In this document: positions 9,987 to 18,949 of the stretch, piece by piece | How positions within the stretch are numbered: position 1 is the first letter of the stretch | Layout of the letters: every line of letters starts with the position of its first letter | Notes under the pieces: generated by a model | Seen by the model: only the letters and a program-made list of their open reading frames with translations | Databases searched by the model: none | Told to the model about the DNA's origin: nothing | DNA from: Candidatus Latescibacterota bacterium | GTDB taxonomy: Bacteria; Latescibacterota; UBA2968; UBA8231 | Direction of reading: 5' to 3' | Assembly: GCA_965248265.1 (NCBI GenBank) | Contig: CBDFJF010000002.1 | Location: 2,496,001-2,560,000, forward strand | Length of the DNA: 64,000 nt | Program-made: the position numbers and the translations under genes

Positions 9987-10715
9987 ATGCTCGACCAAGC
10001 ACGGACAGAACTCGCACCGACCGGCGTCCTCCGGGCCGGCATCAATCTCTCGAACTTTCTGCTGGTCACCGGCAAAACCCCGAAGGGCGATCCGCAAGGG
10101 GTATCTCCAGACATGGCTCGCGAAGTGGCGGATCGGTTGGGTGTCGGGGTCGAGTACATAACCTTCGATACCCCGGGCCAGCTTGCGGACGCCGCCGTCG
10201 ATGATGTCTGGGACGTCGGCAACATCGGCGCCGAGCCCGAGCGGGCGAAGACGATCGCCTTCACTGCGGCCTACGTCGAGATCGAGGCCACTTACCTGGT
10301 GCCCGATGGTTCGCCGATCCAGGCCGTCGAGGAGGTGGATCGCGAAGGGGTGCGCATTTCCGTTTACGGGCGCAGCGCCTATGGACTATGGCTGAGTGAC
10401 AACATTCAGCACGCGGAGCTGGTCAAGACCGAGGGCATCGATGCCTCGCTCGACAAGTTCGTGGGGGAGGGCTTGGACGCCCTTGCGGGTCTGCGGCCCC
10501 GGTTGATAGACGATGTGGAGAAGCTGCCCGGAGCGCGGATCCTGAACGGCCAGTTTACGGCGGTGCAGCAGGCCATCGGCACGAAGCCGGACCGCGAGGT
10601 CGGCGCTGCCTTCCTGCGCGACTTCGTGGAGGAAGCCAAGGCGAGCGGGCTGGTCGCCGGGCTCCTCGAGAAGCACGGCGTGGTGGGTCAGCTTACGGTG
10701 GCGCCACTCGCCTGA
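9987..10715 (+). CDS. Orphan type-2 periplasmic-binding-fold protein (SBP_bac_3-like), no obvious signal peptide
   Basis: ELAPTGVLRAGINLSN, GVSPDMAREVA, FTAAYVEIEATYLV; no permease nearby. Confidence 0.8.
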   Translation: MLDQARTELAPTGVLRAGINLSNFLLVTGKTPKGDPQGVSPDMAREVADRLGVGVEYITFDTPGQLADAAVDDVWDVGNIGAEPERAKTIAFTAAYVEIEATYLVPDGSPIQAVEEVDREGVRISVYGRSAYGLWLSDNIQHAELVKTEGIDASLDKFVGEGLDALAGLRPRLIDDVEKLPGARILNGQFTAVQQAIGTKPDREVGAAFLRDFVEEAKASGLVAGLLEKHGVVGQLTVAPLA

Positions 10716-10727
10716 CAGCGAACGACT

Positions 10728-11492
10728 TCAACTCTCGAACTTTTCAGCCCAGTAATCCGGCCACATGGAACTACCCAGGTATTCCTGACCCGGGTCCCAG
10801 AAGGAGTTCGGTTGCAGGGTGAGTTCACGGTTGTTGGGCATGTCGAGGCTGTCGGGCAAGGGGGATATCTCACCGGGGACACCCTTCACGAAACTGTGCG
10901 CCGGCACGTCTTTGTTGACGACGGCTCCGGCCGCGATGAAGCTGCGCTCTCCGATGTGTACACCTGGAAGGACCGTGCACCCACCGCCGATCATGACGTC
11001 GTCGTCGACGGTGGCCCCGCGCGGTTCCGGCGTGGGATCGCGCCGTCCCGGATGGCGGTCGTTGAGAAAGGTCACGCCCGGTCCCACGAACACATTGTCG
11101 CCAAACCATGTTCGCGACGGGATGTAGCAGTTGGACATGATGCGAACACCGTCACCGAAGCGAACGATGCCTTCGATGGCCGAGTGGTTCATGATGGTGC
11201 AGTAATCGCCCATGTTGACGACAGCCCGGATTACTGCATAATGGCCCGCCTGGAAGTAGTCTCCGATGGTCACGTCTCCATAGATGATCGTGCCGCTGTG
11301 GATCTGGCAGTGGTCGCCAACGCGGGCGGGGCCGGATTTCTCGTGGTAGGGGACGCCGATATCCACTCCCTCCTCGATGTAGTGGTTCTTGCCGATGACG
11401 GCGTTCTCGAAGCGGGTGAGATCTTCGATCCTGGTTGTCTGGCTCACTGATTCGTCCTCCATGGGTCTTGCTTCGAGTCTGGTGGTCGTCAT
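10728..11492 (-). CDS. Hexapeptide-repeat (left-handed beta-helix) acyltransferase, WbpD/DapH-like
   Basis: VFVGPGVTFLND, VMIGGGCTVLPGVHIGERSFIAAGAVVNKDVP; ATGA overlap with the upstream gene. Confidence 0.85.
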   Translation of the reverse strand: MTTTRLEARPMEDESVSQTTRIEDLTRFENAVIGKNHYIEEGVDIGVPYHEKSGPARVGDHCQIHSGTIIYGDVTIGDYFQAGHYAVIRAVVNMGDYCTIMNHSAIEGIVRFGDGVRIMSNCYIPSRTWFGDNVFVGPGVTFLNDRHPGRRDPTPEPRGATVDDDVMIGGGCTVLPGVHIGERSFIAAGAVVNKDVPAHSFVKGVPGEISPLPDSLDMPNNRELTLQPNSFWDPGQEYLGSSMWPDYWAEKFES

Positions 11493-12667
11493 GGCGATCG
11501 CCCAGCGGCGGTGGCGCGATCCAAGCGCCACACATCTCCCGGACGCCACGCAGACTCAACGCGGTGAAAAAAATCGTGCTTGCCCAACTGTACCTGCTCC
11601 GGCGACATGGTTATCGCATTTCCCGCTGCGAGGAATAGAGCGTCCGCGTGGACGTGAATGGAGCACGCGTGGCGCCGGCTCCAGGGCGTATGCGGCAGCT
11701 CCTCCCAATGTTCGCCGTCCGCAGAATACCACACGTCGTTGCGATTGCCGTCGGTGCCAACCTCAGCTGCGTGGTCCGCCACCCCACGCTGCCCCCCTAA
11801 CACCCAGAGCTTGCCATCCCACGCCGCGGTATCGTGATACGAGCGCCCAGGCCAGGGAGCCTCTCCCTCCGCCAGATGACAGGTCCATTCGCGACCGTCT
11901 GCCGACGACCACACATCGTTGTGGAAGGTGCGCGTCTTCAGTCTTGGCTGCTGCTCGAGGTCGTATCGCAGTGAACTCAACATGGCCCCACCCGTTCCAA
12001 CGTATCCGCCACCCAGGATCCACATTCGACCGTGGAGCGCTGGCACGCCACCATTCGCCCCGGTGATCATGCCCCTGGGCGCCCATGGTGCGTTGTCCGT
12101 CACCAGCTCCCAGCTCAGGCCGTCCTTTGTCCGCCAGACGTCGCGCAGCGGTGGAGGCGCCGGCGGAATGGGTTTCCCAGCCTTCAAGTCCGTCAGGAAA
12201 CTGCTCTGGCTGGCTGCGCCGGCCTGACCACCCATGACCCAGATTGAGCCGTCGAAGACGGTGACCATCTGGTTGCCGCGCTCTTGCCAGGGTACGGTCG
12301 CCGCGACGAGCTCCCAATTCACGCCATCCACCGACTTCCACACGTCGTCGGGGGTCCTGTTCTCTGCGCCGATGACCCAGATGTGGCCGTCGTGCACAAC
12401 GCCCCCGTGCATGTGCCGGCCGCTCCACGGCGCAGTGGCCGCCAGGGACCAGCTGCCGCCATCATCATCCGAGCACCACACCTCCGAGCACACCTCCGAC
12501 TCGAACGAGCCAGCGCCTGCGCCGGCGAGGTCCGCCCTCGCACCCGCGTACTGATTCCAGCCACCCAGAAGGAAGAGCTTGCCCTGGAAGGAGACGAGCT
12601 GCGCTCCGTCGCGAGGCGACCACGGCACGTCCGAGGTCACACAGCTCCAGTCGTACGGGTTGGTCAT
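11489..12667 (-). CDS. Kelch-like beta-propeller protein
   Basis: About six repeats of PW..R...V..G.[LI]W.[LM]GG...DVW.S.DG..W. Confidence 0.8.
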   Translation of the reverse strand: MTNPYDWSCVTSDVPWSPRDGAQLVSFQGKLFLLGGWNQYAGARADLAGAGAGSFESEVCSEVWCSDDDGGSWSLAATAPWSGRHMHGGVVHDGHIWVIGAENRTPDDVWKSVDGVNWELVAATVPWQERGNQMVTVFDGSIWVMGGQAGAASQSSFLTDLKAGKPIPPAPPPLRDVWRTKDGLSWELVTDNAPWAPRGMITGANGGVPALHGRMWILGGGYVGTGGAMLSSLRYDLEQQPRLKTRTFHNDVWSSADGREWTCHLAEGEAPWPGRSYHDTAAWDGKLWVLGGQRGVADHAAEVGTDGNRNDVWYSADGEHWEELPHTPWSRRHACSIHVHADALFLAAGNAITMSPEQVQLGKHDFFHRVESAWRPGDVWRLDRATAAGRSP

Positions 12668-12769
12668 TGATTGTCTGTCCTCTCGAATTGCCGCCGCCAT
12701 GGCCGAACTCGCCAGCTTGATCTCAGTTGAAACAGAGTCTCCTGCTCTCGCAAACTTATGTGCCTCGCC

Positions 12770-14233
12770 TTAGGATCGATGCCCGACGAAAGCGGCGCTT
12801 GCTGCGGCGATCGACGGGAAGGCTCCATCCGCTACCGCGGCGCACAGTGCTGCACCCACGGCAGCTTCTTCGGTGTGAGGGGCGAGCTGTGTCGGCATGC
12901 CGAGCTCCTGCTCGAGTGACGCCCTGAGCACCGGATTCAATCTGACGCCGTTTCCCGAACCGACCAGTTGCGATCTCTCGCTGGCGCCGAGCTTCAGTGC
13001 TTGCCGATACGAGTCGGCCAGCTGGGCAGCCATCGCTTCGAACAAAGCCCGCGCCAGGTGACCGGGGGTAAACGTGCTGGGTGTGAGATCGCGGATTGCC
13101 GCTTTCGCCAGCGGGTTGCTCCGTGAACCGGTGAACAGGGGATCGAATTTAACACCTTCGGCGCCAGCAGGGACCTCGACGGCCAGTTCGACGAGCCGTT
13201 CGTACACCAGATCGGGGTCCAGATCCTGTCCTGCGAGTAGGCTGCTGGTGCGGCTGAAGAAATCTCTGAGCGTTCGGAACGTGCGGCCACCGACCACTCC
13301 AACGCCAGCCAGGAGATAGCCGGACTGAAGAAACGGTCGAAGCTCCAGCCAACCTCGTGGCATCGGCTTTTCGACGAAAACGGAGGTCTGCCCACCCGTA
13401 CCGACGTTGATCGCCAGCGTGGTCGCGTAGTCGGCAACCGTTCCCGCGAAACTGCACTGGTGGTCACCGGAAGCAACGGATACCGGAATGCCGGACTGGA
13501 CGCCGATCTTTGATGCCATCAGGTCGGTGATCTGACCTGCGCGTGTACATGACTCAGCCAGATTTGAGAGCAGTGAGCGGTCGAGGCCCAATGTGTCGAT
13601 CAGATCAAAATCCCAATCGAGCTCAACGACGTCGTACACCCCCCAGCTGAGCGCGTCGGTGGGATCGGTGACCGGTCGTTCGTCGGTGAGGCGAGACACC
13701 ACGAACTCAGGCGCCGTTGTGGCGTGGACCCCGGTGGGCAGTCGATCGTTGGCCTGGAGCCAGAACAAGCTTGGCGCCGTGTAGCCAGTAACGAGCGGGC
13801 AACCGGTGTTTTCGAATGTCGGCAGCCCACCGGTTTCGATGACGGCGCTACCAACATCGGCCATCTTCTCGAGATAAGTCCGTTTCTGGCCCGGAACGAT
13901 CTCTTTCGAGCGTTGGTCCTGCCACGAGATGAACCGATCGACTGTTTTGAGATCGTTGTCGAGAAGCTGGAGACCTTGTTGTTGTCCGGTGACTCCCACC
14001 GCCGCCGGTTGGGCAGAGATTCGGGCGATCAGAGCCGCGGCGTTGTTCACCGCCAGCTCAGTCATCTCTTCCAGGTCCCACTCAGATCGACCGATCCGCT
14101 TGTCTGCCGTCGACGTGATTTCAGCCGTGTTGGCGACGCTGGAGGAGCCGACAATCGTTCCCGTGTCGAGATCGACAATCACGGCAGCCACGGTGGTGGA
14201 GCCGATGTCGATTGCGAGGTAGTGGGTTGCCAT
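12770..14233 (-). CDS. FGGY-family carbohydrate kinase, sedoheptulokinase-like
   Basis: AIDIGST, ISWQDQR, GDHQCS, INVGTGGQ, LVGSGNG, AAVGAA. Confidence 0.8.
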   Translation of the reverse strand: MATHYLAIDIGSTTVAAVIVDLDTGTIVGSSSVANTAEITSTADKRIGRSEWDLEEMTELAVNNAAALIARISAQPAAVGVTGQQQGLQLLDNDLKTVDRFISWQDQRSKEIVPGQKRTYLEKMADVGSAVIETGGLPTFENTGCPLVTGYTAPSLFWLQANDRLPTGVHATTAPEFVVSRLTDERPVTDPTDALSWGVYDVVELDWDFDLIDTLGLDRSLLSNLAESCTRAGQITDLMASKIGVQSGIPVSVASGDHQCSFAGTVADYATTLAINVGTGGQTSVFVEKPMPRGWLELRPFLQSGYLLAGVGVVGGRTFRTLRDFFSRTSSLLAGQDLDPDLVYERLVELAVEVPAGAEGVKFDPLFTGSRSNPLAKAAIRDLTPSTFTPGHLARALFEAMAAQLADSYRQALKLGASERSQLVGSGNGVRLNPVLRASLEQELGMPTQLAPHTEEAAVGAALCAAVADGAFPSIAAASAAFVGHRS

Positions 14234-14281
14234 CTGGAGTCCGATACTAGGGGCGAACAATGCCTACCGGGTTACCGACGC

Positions 14282-15280
14282 TCAGCCGGTGACCGCCTGC
14301 GCCAAATAGGCCTCAAAGTCCAGTACTGCCCCCTGATCTGAAGCCACCCCCAGAGCCTCCACGAGCCCCAGCACGACGAGGTTGTCCCTGCCACTGAAAG
14401 GTGGTTCCACCCCTTCCTCCACGTAGCGCCGGAATCCGTCGAGCAACTCCTCCTGTGAATTGGTCTCATCGAGGGGTACGATCACCGACTTTGCGCCGCC
14501 GGGTGTCTGAACCCGCAGGCCGTCCGCCACCTGCTCGATGGCGCCCCCGGTGCATTCGATCCGCAAGCTCGATCCGCTACCGTGGGATGCGAAGGTGCAG
14601 AGCAGGCCGAAGCGGGTACCACTGTCGAACTGCACCCAGCCGTGGAAACCGCCGCCGCCCTGGTAGGGGCTCCAGGAGGGATTGAAGCTGTCGGCCCACA
14701 CACGCACCGGACGAGACCCGAGGACGGACACGATTTCGTCCAGATCGTGGATGCCGCGCTCCCACAGATAGGCGTGGCGGTCATCGCCGGAGTGGTGAGT
14801 GCCGGGGCGCCAACCGAATTTCGTCATCAGCCCGAATTCCGGGACCCCGTAGGTCCCGGCGCGGATGAGGCGGCGCAGGGTCGTGGCCAACGGATCGAGC
14901 TGACGCTGCTGACAGACGGCGACCTTGAGTCCGGCGGCGTCGGCCTCATCGACGATCTGCCTGCCCTGTTTGAGATCCTTCGTGAACGGCTTCTCCACCA
15001 GCACGTGCTTGCTGGAGCGCACCGCCTCCAGGCACTGTTCGTAGTGCAGGTCCGGCGGCGTGATGACGACGACGGCATCCGCCTCCACCGCTTGCAGGGC
15101 GGCGTCGAGGGAGGTAAAGCAGGCTTCCTCGCCCAGCCCACTCGTCTCCATGGCCGCCTGCAGATTCTCTTCCACCACATCCACCAGGGCCACGGATTCG
15201 AAATCTTCCCGACCGCTGATGCTCTGGACAGGCCAGCGACCGCGGCCGCCGGTGCCCAGGTGTACGGTTCGTATTGTCAT
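14282..15280 (-). CDS. Gfo/Idh/MocA oxidoreductase
   Basis: GTGGRG, ITPPDLH, HVLVEKP, GIHDLD. Confidence 0.9.
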   Translation of the reverse strand: MTIRTVHLGTGGRGRWPVQSISGREDFESVALVDVVEENLQAAMETSGLGEEACFTSLDAALQAVEADAVVVITPPDLHYEQCLEAVRSSKHVLVEKPFTKDLKQGRQIVDEADAAGLKVAVCQQRQLDPLATTLRRLIRAGTYGVPEFGLMTKFGWRPGTHHSGDDRHAYLWERGIHDLDEIVSVLGSRPVRVWADSFNPSWSPYQGGGGFHGWVQFDSGTRFGLLCTFASHGSGSSLRIECTGGAIEQVADGLRVQTPGGAKSVIVPLDETNSQEELLDGFRRYVEEGVEPPFSGRDNLVVLGLVEALGVASDQGAVLDFEAYLAQAVTG

Positions 15281-15543
15281 CCCTCTTCTTCCAGTTCCGC
15301 GGCATCAGCTCATCCACTTCGAGTTGTGCTCGCTGCTCCGTGAGTGGGTTGCGTAAATCCTTCGAGGAGCTTTCGAAGATAGCGCTGAGACGGAACGGTA
15401 AGAACCGACAAGCGGCCATTGTAGCATAGTCTATATTGGTTGGATCTAGGTGTCGAGTGGGAACTTAGAATGGAGGAACGACGACGAAACCCAATCCAAC
15501 CGCTGCTGAGATAGCAGTAAGTCTGAGACTGTGATACCTGTCC

Positions 15544-17184
15544 ATGGCTATCCCCGACTACGGCATCATTTACAACTGGGACGGCAATCCGCTCAGTTAC
15601 AGCGAATACCCTCAGTCCGTCGAACAACTCCTCGAAAAGAGCTACGCGCCGATCAGGGACACACAGGTCGGGGCTCACTTTTGGTGTGTTGGTGAGCACG
15701 AGGCCAAGTGGCCTTCGCAAGACCTGCCGATGGCGGGCGACGCGGTCGGGCGGGTGTACGAAACCGTCTGGAACATGAGGAAGGCCGAGAGCATTCGGGC
15801 CATGTTCGAGCGCGGCGAAGATCCCTACGGCGACATGGTCAGGTATGGTCACCAGATCGGTGTCGACGTGTGGGCGTCGGTGCGGATGAACGACAATCAC
15901 TTCTGGTCTCTCGATCCAACCGACGGAGAGGTTTCTAACCGCGGAAAGAATCCGTTGTGGTGGTGGTCGAGCAGGCGCAAGCCGCTGACCGTCGACGAGA
16001 TGACTCGTACCACGGCCAGTTACCTCACCCAGGAACGCAAGGACCACCCGGAGTGGACGCTGGGAGAGTCCGTCGAGCCCTGGGTGGCGACCTCATGGAA
16101 TATGGCCATACCGCAGGTTCGTGAACGGCGTCTGAAGCTGATCTCGGAAGCCTTGCGACAGTCCGACTGGGATGGCGTGGAACTCGACTGGCAGCGGCAC
16201 GGGTTCCATCTTCCGACACATGACGGCTACAGGCTCTCCTACGTGCTCACGGACCTTCAGCGTGCCGTGCGCGCGTTGGCCGACGAGATCGCCCAGGACC
16301 GTAGACGCCCTTTTCACGTGGCGGTGCGGGTGGCCTCGACCCTGGAATCCTGTCGAAGGATCGGCTACGACATCCAGACCTGGGCAGGCGAGGGATTGTG
16401 TGACCTGATTGTTCCCGGCGGCAACTCGGGCACCGACTCCGACATCGACATGGATGGATTCCGGAGGATCATCGAGGGAACGGACATCAAGTTGTATCCC
16501 GGCCTCGATACGGATTTCAGATTACGCGCCAACAGGCTGATGCCGCACCAACAATGGAGCGAGGCGTGGATTCGCGGCGAGGCTGCCAAACTCTGGCACC
16601 AGAAGGCTGATGGCATGTACGCCTTCAACTGGCACGCCAACAGCCAGACAAGGCGAGGATTGCTGACGACGATCGGATCGCCGGCAACGCTGGAAGCGTC
16701 GAACAAGGTCTACGCTGCGCTGCACGGAGTTCATGCAGCGAGAGGGACCCTGCGCCACGGGGCCGACAAGCACGATCGCATTCACGCGGAAACCTCGGTG
16801 ACCCTGCACCCGAGCCTGACTGAGGAAGGTCCAGTATTCCACCTGCCGTTTCATGACGATCCAGCCGACGCTCTCGAGTTCACCGTTGAATTGCAGATCG
16901 AGATCGAGCACTTTTCTCCCACCGTCGACAGGGTAGCGGTGCAACTCAACGGCCATGATCCGGGTCAACCCTCGGTGCGCAACGCGGCTGCGGAAGATCC
17001 GGATGATCCGGCTATGGTTTCGGAGAACAGCTGGCTGGTGTGGTCGATCGATCCAGGGTTGCTGTCCATGGGTGTTCAGGAACTAAAGGTGCGATTGATC
17101 GAGCGGGATGCGCGGCTGAGTGTACCTCTGGTGATCCGGCATGTTGAGATCCATGTCGAGCACGCCGCCAAAGAACGCACTTAG
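15544..17184 (+). CDS. Uncharacterised glycoside hydrolase-like TIM barrel (GHL10/DUF187-like) with C-terminal beta domain
   Basis: IIYNWDG, SVRMNDNH, HPEW, NMAIPQVR, DWDGVELDWQR, GMYAFN; paralogue of 44855-46405. Confidence 0.7.
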   Translation: MAIPDYGIIYNWDGNPLSYSEYPQSVEQLLEKSYAPIRDTQVGAHFWCVGEHEAKWPSQDLPMAGDAVGRVYETVWNMRKAESIRAMFERGEDPYGDMVRYGHQIGVDVWASVRMNDNHFWSLDPTDGEVSNRGKNPLWWWSSRRKPLTVDEMTRTTASYLTQERKDHPEWTLGESVEPWVATSWNMAIPQVRERRLKLISEALRQSDWDGVELDWQRHGFHLPTHDGYRLSYVLTDLQRAVRALADEIAQDRRRPFHVAVRVASTLESCRRIGYDIQTWAGEGLCDLIVPGGNSGTDSDIDMDGFRRIIEGTDIKLYPGLDTDFRLRANRLMPHQQWSEAWIRGEAAKLWHQKADGMYAFNWHANSQTRRGLLTTIGSPATLEASNKVYAALHGVHAARGTLRHGADKHDRIHAETSVTLHPSLTEEGPVFHLPFHDDPADALEFTVELQIEIEHFSPTVDRVAVQLNGHDPGQPSVRNAAAEDPDDPAMVSENSWLVWSIDPGLLSMGVQELKVRLIERDARLSVPLVIRHVEIHVEHAAKERT

Positions 17185-18011
17185 GGGTCCCAGCATCCTT
17201 CGGAGTAGGGTTCACGCATGAACAGTTTTCTGCGTTTTGGGCTGGCCTGCTCCATCCACTCGGCCGGGATCTCCTGGGTATAGCGGTGCGGCGGGCCGAC
17301 CTCTTTGAACACGTCGATGGTGAAGATGCGATAGGGGGTTGGGGAATTCAGCGGTTTGGCCTCGACACCGTGGAAGATGCGGGCGTTGATGTAGACCATG
17401 CTGCCGGGAGGCAGGGTTAGGCGTTTCTCTTCGAGCTTGCGTCCGAGCTCGGCGTCGTAGGCTCCTGACAACATCCGTTCGGGTGTGGCGTCTTCGGTGG
17501 GGGCAATCCGGTGGCTGCCCGGGATCACCTTGAGGTTGCGGTCGCCGAGTGCAAAGCCGAGCGGGTAGTAGAGGACCTGGACGTAGTACTTCTCGCGTTC
17601 GGAAATATTGACGGGATTGTGATGTTTCCAATGATGGTGATCCTGATGGTAGGACATGGGGCCGATGCCCCGTGGGGCGATGCGAAGGGCGGAGTGGCAG
17701 TAGTGGTACTGGGTGCCGATGGTGGCCCTGAGTAACGCAGTAATAAAGGGGTCGTCGATGAGTCTGAGGGCATAGGGTCCCCGCTCGTCCCAGTTCCGAA
17801 TCGCGTAGCGCTCCGGTTCCCCCGACGGGTTGTCCAACGTAGCCAGGTATCCACGTATGGCGTCGTCGTGTTGGGTGATTTCCTCGATCAGGTTTTCTCT
17901 GGCCTCGTCGGTCAGGACATCCGGAAAGACGATGTAGCCATCATCGTGAAAGGAATCGATGTCAGCTGGGGAAGTCCCTGGCAGGCGGAACAAAGAATCT
18001 TGGGGACTCAT
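17181..18011 (-). CDS. Phytanoyl-CoA dioxygenase (PhyH) family Fe(II)/2OG oxygenase
   Basis: FHDDGYIV, HQD, VIPGSH, FHG. Confidence 0.88.
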   Translation of the reverse strand: MSPQDSLFRLPGTSPADIDSFHDDGYIVFPDVLTDEARENLIEEITQHDDAIRGYLATLDNPSGEPERYAIRNWDERGPYALRLIDDPFITALLRATIGTQYHYCHSALRIAPRGIGPMSYHQDHHHWKHHNPVNISEREKYYVQVLYYPLGFALGDRNLKVIPGSHRIAPTEDATPERMLSGAYDAELGRKLEEKRLTLPPGSMVYINARIFHGVEAKPLNSPTPYRIFTIDVFKEVGPPHRYTQEIPAEWMEQASPKRRKLFMREPYSEGCWDP

Positions 18012-18136
18012 GGTCTCTCGCGTTGTCGACGATGGAAAAGCCGGTCTTGTTGCAACAGGAAAAGCTAGAGCAAAGCGAAGTCGCTCGCTAATCGCGCTGA
18101 GTGCGCCAGTGTAGCTCGATCTTGCCAGCAATTTAC

Positions 18137-18183
18137 TTGACTATCTTCGTAAGAATCCTTACCTCTATTGTAGGAATTCATAC
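18137..18183 (+). promoter_or_regulatory. Putative toxin-antitoxin promoter/operator: TTGACT plus two related 14-bp imperfect palindromes
   Basis: GTAAGAATCCTTAC (18149-18162) and GTAGGAATTCATAC (18170-18183), 11/14 identical and 21 bp apart, in an AT-rich region upstream of the antitoxin. Confidence 0.55.
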
Positions 18184-18258
18184 AATAGTACTGATGTGTG
18201 TCGGTTTTGGTAGCGTAAGCGGTATAACACCAATGTCACCGTGTAAGGGAGGTATTGA

Positions 18259-18480
18259 ATGAAGGCGATTCTTTCGCAGAAAGGACAGGTAACCATTCCC
18301 AAATCGTGCCGGGATAAGCTCGGCTTGAAGACGGGAACGGTCCTTGATTTCGAAGCCGTCGACGGTACGCTGGTGGCTCGCAAGTTGCAGCAGCAAGACG
18401 TCTTCAGTAAGTGGCGGGGCAAAGGAAAACTTCCCGGAGGTCAGGGAGTAGACGAGTATCTCAAGGGAACGCGTGAGTGA
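18259..18480 (+). CDS. vapB: AbrB/MazE/SpoVT-family antitoxin
   Basis: LSQKGQVTIPKSCRDKLGLKTG; GGGAGG RBS; GTGA overlap with the PIN gene. Confidence 0.9.
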   Translation: MKAILSQKGQVTIPKSCRDKLGLKTGTVLDFEAVDGTLVARKLQQQDVFSKWRGKGKLPGGQGVDEYLKGTRE

Positions 18481-18905
18481 TTTCTGCCGTAGACAGTTCT
18501 GTAATACTGGATGTCGTCACGGATGATCCAGATTTCGCGCAGGGGTCGGAGCGCGTTCTCCGCAAGGCAGCGGCTGAGGGACAGTTGGTCGTATGCGAGT
18601 GTGTTCTCGCGGAAGTCTTCCCAGCTTTTGGCAATGAATCATCATTCGAGGAATTTCTCACCGATTGGCAGTTGGAGTTCGTCCCCTCATCTAGAGAAAG
18701 CGCTGTGCTGGCAGGCAATCACTTCACCGTGTACCTGGAGCGGGGAGGCCGGCACGGTCGAGTCGTGGCAGACTTCCTGATCGGTGGGCATGCTGGCATT
18801 CATGCTGACAGGCTTGTAGTCAGAGATCGGGGATACCTGCGTGATTATTTCTCCGATCTTGTTATGTTGGATCCTCGACAGACCCTGGATTCGATGGGCG
18901 AATGA
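18477..18905 (+). CDS. vapC: PIN-domain toxin (VapC family)
   Basis: VDSSVILD, VLAE, ADFLIGGHA, RDRG acidic PIN motifs. Confidence 0.9.
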   Translation: MISAVDSSVILDVVTDDPDFAQGSERVLRKAAAEGQLVVCECVLAEVFPAFGNESSFEEFLTDWQLEFVPSSRESAVLAGNHFTVYLERGGRHGRVVADFLIGGHAGIHADRLVVRDRGYLRDYFSDLVMLDPRQTLDSMGE

Positions 18906-18949
18906 GCCCAGCAGGGAATCGAAAGCACCGGTAACCCAGTGGAGACACC

